Source: Chiloscyllium plagiosum
Lineage: Eukaryota
Length of the DNA stretch: 64,000 nt
Reading direction: 5' to 3'
Assembly (NCBI RefSeq): GCF_004010195.1
Contig: NC_057750.1
Location: 3,096,761 to 3,160,760 of the forward strand
Shown here: positions 54,401 to 64,000 of the stretch, one piece after another
Numbering within the stretch: the first letter of the stretch is position 1
Layout of the letters: each line of letters starts with the position of its first letter
The notes under the pieces: model-generated
What the model was told of the DNA's origin: nothing
Database searches by the model: none
Seen by the model: only the letters and a program-made list of their open reading frames with translations
Program-made: the position numbers and the translations under genes

Positions 54401-55335
54401 CTGGCCTCCACAGCCTTCTGTGGCAATGAATTCCAGATTCACCACACTCTGGCTTAAGTTGTTTCTCCTTACATCAGTTCTAAAAAGGTCTTCTCTTTAT
54501 TCTAAGGCTGTGCCCTTGGTTCCTCGTCACTCCTGCCTTTGGAAAGATGTTCCCAACATCCACTCTGTCCAGGCCATTCAGTATTCTGTATGTTTCAATT
54601 AGATCCCCTCTCATCTTTCTAAACTCCAAGTATAAACCCAGAGTCCTCAAATGTTCATGTTAAACCTTTCTCCCTGGGATAATTCTCATTAAACTCCTCT
54701 AGACCCGCTCCACAGTCAATACATCATTTGATAGTGTTGCAAGCAATTTTGGACCCCAAGTATGGTCTGACCACAGCCTTATAAAGCCTCAAATACAGCG
54801 CTGCTTTTATAATTCTAGTCCTCCTGAGATGAATGACATTGTATTTGCCTTCCTAACCACCGACTCAACCCGCAAGTTTACCTTAAAAAGAAACTTGGAC
54901 TAGGACTCAAGTCTCTTTGCACTTGAGATTTCTGAATTTTCTCCCCAGTCAGAAAATAATCTATGAATTCACATTCAAGAATAGAGGCAAATCAAATCTG
55001 ACAAATCTATCTGAAATGAACCAACTAGTTGACTAGGTGACCTTTCCAAAAAAAGAAAATCTGCCTTCCATACATGGTGTGGCAAGTGATGCAACACGAG
55101 GCATACAGCAATATGGTCTAGTCAAACGGTTGTCAGGAATAGACTAGCAAATCACATTAGAATAACTGCAAAATCTAAATAATGTAATACTGGACAGACC
55201 GCATGACATTGACCCAACAGCAAAAACAGGCTTGTCGACCCTACAAAGTCATTCTCACCAACATCTGCAGACTTATGCCAAAACCGAAAGCACAGCCTCA
55301 CAGACTAGTCAAACAACTAGCATGACATGGTATAG

Positions 55336-55510
55336 TTTAAAATCACACAACAGCAGGTTATAGTCCAAAAGGTTTATTTGGAAGTACTAGCTTTTGGAGC
55401 ACTGTTCCTTCATCAACCTGAAGGAGCAGCACTCAAAGCGAGTCATTTCCAAATAAATCTGTTGGGACTATAACCTGGTGGTGTGCGCTTTTTAACTTTG
55501 TACACCCCAC
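55336..55510. mobile_element. family-C mini fold-back
   Basis: aggttatagtcc...tttggaag / ttccaaataa...ggactataacct inverted arms around HHR remnants. Confidence 0.75.
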
Positions 55511-56702
55511 ATCGTTGCAAAGTTTGTGTAAGTAAGTATGACCATGTCCATACCACCCTGGGTATGCCCTGTCCCACTGACAGTGGTGGCATTATTTCAT
55601 ATAGTTGGGTAGGAGTGTTTCAGGAATTTGCAATATTAACTCTAGACCCTAGGAAATCATGTGGCATCAGGACAAATATGGACAAGGAAGCATCTCAATT
55701 ACCACCTCCAACTCTCCAAATTGATAATTTGAACATTTGGGAGGAAACTGGTGGCAAATACACTTCAAATGTTGATCACCATGCGTGGCTTACAAGCACC
55801 ACTGCTGACGAAGCTGACAGAGTCCTAAAGGACATAGCTACTAAACTGGGTCTGCGGCAGGCGATGGAACAGAAGGGAAAAATATGTTGACCTCGTCCTC
55901 TTGACTTGTCACAGATGCATCTGGCCATGATAATTTCAATCTGAGTTTTAGCAAAACTTCCCTAATTTTATATTCTATCCCCTTCAAAATAAGGTCACTT
56001 CATTTTCCTTGCCTATTAGCCACTGAACTTGGATGCTAGCTGAGACATTCACTAAGAGGTCGCCCAAGTCAGATCCATAACTTTCTGCAGTCTTTCTCTG
56101 TTTAATATGCAACTCTCCTGTCCTTCCTGCAAGTGTGCATAACCTCACTACACCATCCCATCTGCCACATCACTTCTGTCCTATTCACCACTTGCTCTCC
56201 CACTTGATATCATCTGCGATCTTGGCTATAGTACATTCTTTCCTCAAAGACATAACACATTTTAAATAATGTGGCTCCAGCACTGAAATGTGTGGCACAT
56301 CACTAGTTACAGGTTGCAATCCCAAAAATACCTTTATTCCAAAATATACTACCAACACCATGGGGCCTTTAAGTAGCCTAACATCCTTATCAAATATTCT
56401 GATAAACCAAATATATTACATCGATTGTCCCTGCCCGATTCCTGCTTATTACATTCTCAAAGAATTCTAATTAATTTCTAGTAAATTTTCTGGCATGATT
56501 TCCCCTTCATGAAGCCATGCTGACTTTGCTTGACCATATTATATACTTTTAAATATTCTATTATTTACATCCTTTAAAACAGATTAACATTTTCTCAACA
56601 ATACACATTAAGCTAACTGGGCTATAGCTTCCTTTCCAAAATGAAAGTCTTATTTAAAAAAATCCTCTGGAACTTTTCCCATACACCAAGAATTGCTAGC
56701 AG

Positions 56703-56820
56703 CCATGATGTGGGGGTGACAGTGTTGGACTGGGGTTGACAAGAGTTAAAAATTACAAAACCAAGTTTAGTCCATCAGGTTGGACTGTAACCTGGTGTGG
56801 TGTGATTTTTATACTTGGTA
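56703..56820. mobile_element. family-C mini fold-back lacking the HHR
   Basis: imperfect TSD aattgctagcag 56691-56702 / aattgctaccag 56821-56832. Confidence 0.65.
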
Positions 56821-57617
56821 AATTGCTACCAGTGCATCCATGATCTCTACAGATGCTTACTTTAACATTCTAGGATGCATCCCATAACTTCCAATCCATA
56901 AAGATACTTCATTCTCAAAAGTGAAAAGATTCTCATAACTCAAAATACATCAAATCTTCAGCAGTTGTATGGCTAATAAACAAACTTGCACACAAATTGT
57001 TTTTAACTGCTAGCTTAAATGTATTGGAGGAAATTATAACCAAGCAGTATACTTAAATAAAGTTGACAGCTTTGTTGAGCCTAGTCAAACTGACTGTTGG
57101 ACAGGAGTGAAACTTCAATGAGCAGAGTGAAACCCTCAGTGATTTTCTTCATTTAAATACACAAATCTTTCTTCGACCAATAAAGTTAATAAATTCTCAC
57201 AGAAGGGTGGACACTAGAACGGAATAGTGACTCAATTGCTGTCTCACCCTTGGAGTAAAAAAAATAAAAGCGCAAAGCTAACGCGTTCAATAATCACTCT
57301 GGCTGTTCACCGCACATTCTGTTCTGGACACAACCATAAACATTTAAACTGCGCCATTTTCTCTTTGTATTTTATCGCCGGATGTAACTTCCTGCCACTT
57401 CATTCATCTTTGGAAAAACGAGTTTAAAACCATTTCATTTGCAGAACAGAAAAGCGTCTATAAATACAAAATCTTCGTATGAAAGAGTCCCGGGAATTCA
57501 CGATCAGCGAAAAGATTGAAAGTAACCCCTTAGAACTATCCACCTAGCCCAAAGAAGTATTTAAATACATTCAAACACGTTACGCGACGTAAGCGCGGCG
57601 CTAATTAATTTAAATAT

Positions 57618-57778
57618 AGTTAAAATTCACAACACCACGTTATAGTCCAACAAGTTTATTTGAAAGTACTAGCCGGTACTCCGAAAGCTCGTGCTTGCAA
57701 ATAAGCCTGTTGAACTATAACCTGGTGTGGTGTGATTCTTAACTTTGTCCTTCCCAGTCCAACACCAGCTCCAAGTCA
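57618..57778. mobile_element. family-C mini fold-back
   Basis: agttaaaattcacaacaccacgttatagtcc / ctataacctggtgtggtgtgattcttaact; tail on the right. Confidence 0.75.
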
Positions 57779-57934
57779 TAATTTATATGCAAGTTACACT
57801 AATTTAGTAAACACATCGCTATCCATATGCTTCCGCGGATATCAAATTGCATGTGTTTTTAATAAAGCATCCCTTAAAAACACCAGGAACTGCCTGTATT
57901 CTACCGAAATGAAAATTAGCAGGATCAATTCGAT

Positions 57935-58131
57935 AGGTTAAAAACAATGACTGCAGATGCTGGAAACCAGATTCTGGATTAGTGGTGCTGGAAGAGCACA
58001 GCAGTTCAGGCAGCAGAGGAGCAGTAAAATCGACAGTTCGGGTTCCTGATGAAGGGCTTTTGCCCGAAATGTCAATTTTACTGCTTCTCGGATGCTGCCT
58101 GAACTGCTGTGCTCTTCCAGCACCACTAATC
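57935..58131. mobile_element. family-B variant mini fold-back with HHR at 58046-58073 (+)
   Basis: TSD caggatcaattcgat at 57920-57934 and 58132-58146; CUGAUGA-a-gggc-uuuu-gccc-GAAAUGUC. Confidence 0.85.
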
Positions 58132-58544
58132 CAGGATCAATTCGATGTCACTTAATGTTTGAACCATTTGTAAGGGACCTACCTACAACAAAGACAACAC
58201 CCATTTATTTTGTATAAGAATTTAAGTTGCTCCGGGTAACGACAGTCCCAGAAACTTTCGTCCTCCTATGTAAGCTTAAGAATGTTAACTGAGGGGGGTC
58301 AAATTTTCGTTCAAATTCTCCATATTAGATTTGTAGGACACTGTACCTTCCACGATACATGGAATTTCTTGTAATCAGACCTGTTGGATAGTCATCGCTA
58401 GTGCAGGTCGATTTTATCCAGGGGTCTTAGATCTACCTCTATATACTGTCCCTAGCAGAGCTGCAAGACTCCCAAAGTTGCATTAAAGTTTTGTCCTGGT
58501 CTTCATATCCTGTCCACCCGCTTACAGCCAATTTGGAGTTATAA

Positions 58545-59535
58545 AATTATAGAATCCCTACAATGGGGAAGCAGGCCATTCAGCACATCAACTCCAGATG
58601 AACGCTTTGAAGACCATTCCATCCAGACCCATTTCCCCCTACCCTATCCCTGTGGCTCCATTCTAGCTTCCACATGCCTGGATACAATGGACAATTTAGC
58701 ACAGAGTCAGAAACGTAGAAAATGACACAGACCAGTTGGTCCGACTCATCCATGCTGACCAGATACCCTAATCTGATCCCATTTGCCAGCACCTGGTCCA
58801 TATTCATCTCAACCTTTCCTATTCATAGACCCATCCACATGCTTTTTAAATGTTGAAATTGTACCAGCCTCCACCACTTCCTCTGGCAGCTCATTCCATA
58901 CACGTACCACCCTGTGTGTGAAAAAGTAGCCCCTTAGGTCTCTCATATCTTTCCCCTCTCACCCAAAACCTATGCCCTCTAATTCTGGACTCCCCCATGG
59001 CCACCCCTCAGCCTCCGACACTCCAGGGAGAACAGCCTATTCAGCCTGACTCTTGCTCAAATCCTCCAACCCTGGCAACATCTTTGTAAATCTTTTCTGA
59101 ACCCTTTCAAGTTTCGTAACATCAGACTGGAATTGCACGCAAAATTCCAAAAGTGGCCTAAACCAATGTCCAGTACAGCCACACTAGGACATCTGAACTG
59201 CTATACTCAAATGCACTGACTGATAAAGGAAAGCATACCGAACACGTTCTTCACTATCCTGTTACTCTACTTTCAAGGAACTATGAAGCTGCACTCCAAG
59301 ATCTCTGTTCAGCAACGCTGCCCAGGACCTCACCATTAAAGTGTATACATACTGATCTGCTTTTCCAAAATGCAGCACCTCACATTTAACTAAATTAAAC
59401 TCCATCTGATCAATATCTTGTAGTCTGATGTAATCTTCTTTGCTGACCATTACACCTCCAAATTTTGGTGTTATTCGCAAATTAACTGTATCATCTACAT
59501 TCACATTGAAATCATTTAAAAATGATGAAAAACAG
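58545..59535 (-). mobile_element. V-SINE 3' part (to about 58700) followed by a CR1 3' fragment
   Basis: SINE tail then CR1 motifs (MEFNLVKCEVLHFGK). Confidence 0.8.
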
Positions 59536-59772
59536 TATCTTTGGACTATAGGAGGAAAGAATTGCAAATGTGCACCACTGGAAAAGCACACAAGTCAGAC
59601 AGCATCCAAGGAGCAGGAGAATCAACTTTTCAGGCTTAAGCCATTTATCAGCCCTATATTCCTGACACTTTTCAACTCTGATCTCCAGCATCTACATTCC
59701 TCACTTTGTCCTAGAGGTGGCCCTAGGGACTCCCTAGAGAGTGGGATTCAAGGCATTTGATAACAGGCTGAA

Positions 59773-60170
59773 GTGGCACGTTGTTTAGCAATGCTGCCTC
59801 ACAGCACCAGCAACCTGGGTTCAATTCCAGCCTCTGGTGACTGTGTGGAATTTGCACATTGGACTGTGGGAGGAAACCAACGGTGACAAAGTTGTGTAGT
59901 TAGATGAATTGGCCATGCTAAATTGCCCATAGGTGTTCAGGGATGTGTAGGTTTGGTGCATTAGTCAGGGCAAATGTAGAGGGAAATGGGTCTGGGTGGG
60001 TTATTCTTTGGAGAATCAGTGTCAACTTGTTGAGCCCAATGGCCTATTTCTACATGGTAGGGATACTAGGATTCTGTGAAACCCATGTAAATTCCACATG
60101 CTTGCCAGAGGGTGGAATCGAACCCTGGTACCTGATGCTGCAGTGCTAAGTACTGAGCCACTGCACCACT
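59773..60170. mobile_element. V-SINE (+, to about 60075) abutting an inverted SINE head
   Basis: gtggcacgttgtttagcaatgctgcctcacagc...ggttcaattcc; second head on the minus strand at about 60100-60170. Confidence 0.7.
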
Positions 60171-60323
60171 TCAACACAGCACGGTCAAATGCCTTGAAGC
60201 ACAGTTCCCACTCTCTAGGAATTCCCTTTACAGATTTACTCAACGTACTACTGCCACTTCTTCCAACTCCCTGCTACAGGTAGGTGCTGTTGCCTTCCAA
60301 TACTGGACTTCTTTTTAATTTAA

Positions 60324-60764
60324 GGAGAAAGTGAGGTCTGCAGATGCTGGAGATCAGAGATGGAAATGTGTTGCTGGAAAAGCGCAGCAGGTCAGGCAGC
60401 ATCTAGGGAACAGGAGAATCGACGTTTCGGGCATTAGCCCTCCTTCAGGAATGAGGAAAGTTGGTCCAGCAGACTAAGATATTCCATATTCCCTATCTTT
60501 TATCTTAGCCTGCTGGACCAACTTTCCTCATTCCTGAAGAAGGGCTAATGCCAGAGACGTCGATTCTCCTGTTCCCTAGATGCTCTCTTTCCACCTATCA
60601 CATTTCCGACGCCCCTCCCCCAAGTCCCTCCTCCCTATCTTTTATCTTAGCCTGCTGGACCAACTTTCCTCATTCCTGAAGAAGGGCTAATGCCCGAAAC
60701 GTCGATTCTCCTGTTCTAGATGCTGCCTGACCTGCTGCGCTTTTCCAGCAACACATTTCCATCT
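60324..60764. mobile_element. young family-B fold-back with a tandem pLTR repeat and three HHR cores
   Basis: TSD cttctttttaatttaa at 60308-60323 and 60765-60780; HHRs at 60421-60448 (-), 60534-60561 (+) and 60676-60703 (+). Confidence 0.9.
60676..60703 (+). ncRNA. minimal hammerhead motif (family B)
   Basis: CUGAAGA-a-gggc-uaau-gccc-GAAAC-GUC. Confidence 0.75.
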
Positions 60765-60828
60765 CTTCTTTTTAATTTAACACAATCCCATTTATTGACA
60801 AATACCATCTGGCCTACATTTTGGAATT

Positions 60829-61484
60829 TTGGGTGTAGGTTTGCTTGCTGATCTGGAAGGTTCATTTCCAGATGTGACTGCCAGACTACTCAGACCCCTT
60901 GACATCATGGTAGCCCACAAACCCACTAAAACAGCAGCGAATGAACTTGAAAGGCCCTATACAGACAATGAACAAAACTAATGTCATTTACAAAATAGCA
61001 TGCAAGGATGAACAAACAAGCAGAAAACTAGCCATCAGGATACGTGAACACCAACTAGCCACAAAAAGACATGACTCTCACTAGTATCCTCACATACAGA
61101 TGAGGAAGGACACCACTTCAACTGGGACAACACATCCATCCTAGGACAAGCCAAACTAATGCACGCACGAGAATTCTTAGAAGCATGGCATTCCAACCGG
61201 AACGGTATCAACAATCAGGAGTTAGACTCAATCTACCACCTCCTGAGAAAAAGAACCGGAAGTGACTTCACTACAGGAAATATCACCACAGGAAGTGACA
61301 TCACCAACCCAAAGAAACTCAAACATAAATAGAAAGCAGGAATTTTCAGCATTGCTTCGCCTGAGGCCCACTGAAGAGGTTACCTAGTAGGGTAACGAAA
61401 CATCTGGAGATTAACCTTCCAGCTCATCAAGCAAACCTACATCCAAAACCTCAACCTGAGCTACAAATCTTCTCAAAACTCGCT
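60829..61484 (+). mobile_element. Poseidon-type PLE 3' fragment with a short inverted pLTR at its 5' end; HHR at 61371-61404
   Basis: NVIYKIACKD and IRIREHQ codons; cca-CUGAAGA-g-guuacc-uaguag-gguaac-GAAACAUC-ugg; TSD attttggaatt 60818-60828 / attctggaatt 61485-61495. Confidence 0.85.
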
Positions 61485-63455
61485 ATTCTGGAATTCTTCC
61501 TAAATCTCATCTTCTATAAAGGAGTCTAAAATGGTGCTGATTCTGACACCTATTTTCTTTTAGGTTGATTAAAGCACCATTTCAGCATCACCCTCCCAAA
61601 AGTCCATTCATAAACCAGCTAGCACTTCATAATACATACGTTTTTCCATTCTCGTAACAGCCCACAGACACATTTATTGCACTCCATTCACAATTTGGCT
61701 GAAATAGTAACCAAGTAACATAACTATATGTCTATATTCCTGACGTAGGACAAGAAAGTAGAATTAAATACATGGTGATTTGTTAAAGTAGTTTAACCAG
61801 GATAAGTAGAATTTTGAAAGAGCATAAACAGCCAGTAATGATGTTCATAATGGAATGACATAAGATTGTAAAGCAAATTATAACAGTTTACTTAAGAGAT
61901 TTTCACATCATTTGATCCAAAATTGAGCTGGTCATGAAGTTATTACTTGATGGAACACAAGTTGTGTTTTAAATTAGACCTGTATTTTCTTAATATAAAC
62001 TGTCAAAAGTTACATTTAGTTAGTTTTTCTAACATTCCAAGACTCTTAAAAAGGAGTGTCAATAAAGGATGGAAGCAAACAAATTAGCAAGACTGATTAA
62101 AAGCTTGGCTCAGGATTGCATTTAAAAGAAGGATCTTTACAGATGAAGACAGTTGTTTAATGGGAGGGAATTCCAGATTTTAGAATACAGGCAACCAATC
62201 ACTTGACTACGAATGGCTGACTGCAGATATATATGTGGGGAGATGCAGACCAGAGATCAATGATATCTCTCAAAAACAACTGAAAACAAATGAATTTGAA
62301 TGGCTAAAGTATTGTGACACTTGTTACGTATCCGACATAATCCAATATAAAGACGAAGAACGTCAATGAATAACGCCAACACAAATTGACAGTAAATATT
62401 TCATGTAAAAAAAGTACATATGACAGATCGAAGCATTGCCTACACAGCAGCAACCTATACCTGTACACTGTAAGCACATAATCCAAATGGACGATTCAGT
62501 GCAGAATTGAGGGACTGCTTAAATCGGATTGGAACCTTTGAGATACACCAATAAAACCTGAAAATGTCTTCCCTATGGTACATCTTCAGATGAAAGGCTG
62601 TGTCTTGGGCAATATCCACCCCTGCCGATGAACAAGCAATTCAAGATGAGCAGTTTCTAAACACTTCTCAACATGTAGTACTTGTAGAGACCTGCTTTAA
62701 AAAGCAATACACAAGCTTTGAATAAAGATAAAGCAATGAACTACAGATAAAGATGATCCCAACTGATGTTACTATTGAACAAATCAGATCATTGAATTTT
62801 AAAAAAACCCAAGCCAAATTAATTTAACATCGTGGATTTTTACAGAAATTTAAGCGTGCCAGGCTACAAATTTGACTTTCATCAGACAGAAAATATGCAA
62901 AAGAAAAATATACAAACTAGGCTATCTACATATAAATAGTTTAAGCCTAACATTAACATTTGGCATCTACTCCTCAACATTTCAGTGAATCAAAATTCAG
63001 ATTTTCCTTTGGTTCTCAAACCTGTATGTCTACTTAACTACTCCTGAGTTTGGTCCTGAGAACTGCAAAGTTTTGACTAACAAATCTTCCTCAGTTGAGA
63101 AACCAATGCAGACTTCTAACCAAACACTTCTGGTCTGGATGTTTTTGTAACCTGAAAACCTCACACCAAAGCTGGTGTATCCCCTCAATTGCTCTGAACC
63201 AACTCTTTCCTAGGAGAAATTATTCTTTCATCTGACTCCAGTCAGGTCTACTTCAAATTGACTAAACAACAAACCTGCTCATCTAGCTTCTGAAAGCTAA
63301 AGGCTTTGCTTTTGTTCCCCTCACCCATCAAGATCCATCCATATAAGCTTCCATTAATCCCAGAGGATACTTTAGTCATCTCCTGTAAAACATGCTGGTT
63401 AAAAATCATGCATCCATGAAATGCTTACCTAGTTAACTAAACCACTGCACACTAA

Positions 63456-64000
63456 CAGAGCTGAAAAATGTGTTGCTGGAAAAGCGCAGGTCAGGCAGCA
63501 TCCAAGGAGNNNNNNNNNNNNNNNNNNNNNNNNNNNNNNNNNNNNNNNNNNNNNNNNNNNAAAAGGTAGGGAGGAGGGACTTGGGGGAGGGGCATTGGGA
63601 ATGCGATAGGTGGAAGGAGGTTAAGGTGAGGGTGACAAGCCGGAGAGGTCGGGAAGAGGATTGCAGGCCAAGAAGGCAGTGCTGTGTCCGAGAGTTGGGA
63701 CTTAGGGATGAATGCAGATTTCTCCAGCTTCATTTCCCCTCCCCCCACCTCATCTCAGTCCCAACCCTCGGACTCAGCACTGCCTTCTTGACCTGCAATC
63801 GTCTTCCCCACCTCTCCGCCCCCCACTCCCTCTCCAGCCTATCACCCTCGCCTTAACCTCCTTCCACCTATCACATTCCCAACGCCTCTCCCCTAAGTCC
63901 CTCCTCCCTACCTTTTATCTTAGCCTGCTTGGCACACCCTCCTCATTCCTAAAGGGCTTATGCCCGAAACGTCGATTCTCCTGCTCCTTGGATGCTGCCT
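63456..64000. mobile_element. family-B fold-back spanning an assembly gap and running off the window
   Basis: aaaaggtagggaggagggac... / ...gtccctcctccctacctttt inverted arms. Confidence 0.8.
63510..63560. other. assembly gap (51 N)
   Basis: run of n. Confidence 1.

Noticed and set aside
55483..55890. 135 aa ORF as a host exon
   Set aside because: Looks like a decayed LINE endonuclease fragment antisense to the host gene; family could not be assigned by eye
60490..60720. CRISPR-like repeat-spacer pattern
   Set aside because: Only two long units of pLTR sequence in a eukaryotic intron, with no unique spacers or cas genes
63470..63856. ORFs spanning the N-run
   Set aside because: Artefacts of translating through an assembly gap in a repeat

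Overview
Eukaryotic, repeat-rich genomic DNA, most likely from a shark or other elasmobranch (inferred from HE1/V-SINE-like SINEs with CR1/HER1-like partner LINEs). The window lies inside a minus-strand non-muscle alpha-actinin gene, best matching ACTN4. Six GT-AG coding exons are present (exons 2-7; 115, 120, 87, 88, 79 and 82 bp), encoding the CH1-CH2 actin-binding domain. Exon 1 and exon 8 were not found, so intron 1 is probably over 45 kb. The introns carry a near full-length degenerate LINE-1, many CR1 fragments, V-SINEs, a Tigger-like MITE and many Penelope-like element (PLE) derivatives. The PLE derivatives are the most striking signal. At least three sequence families occur mostly as fold-back (inverted-arm) insertions with 11-16 bp target-site duplications (TSDs) and a one-sided ~30-35 nt tail. 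They carry minimal hammerhead ribozyme (HHR) cores (CUGAnGA-stem II-GAAA) whose stem III is a 4-nt palindrome that covaries between families (ACGU vs AGCU). All calls were made by eye, without alignment or database searches, and repeat boundaries are approximate.
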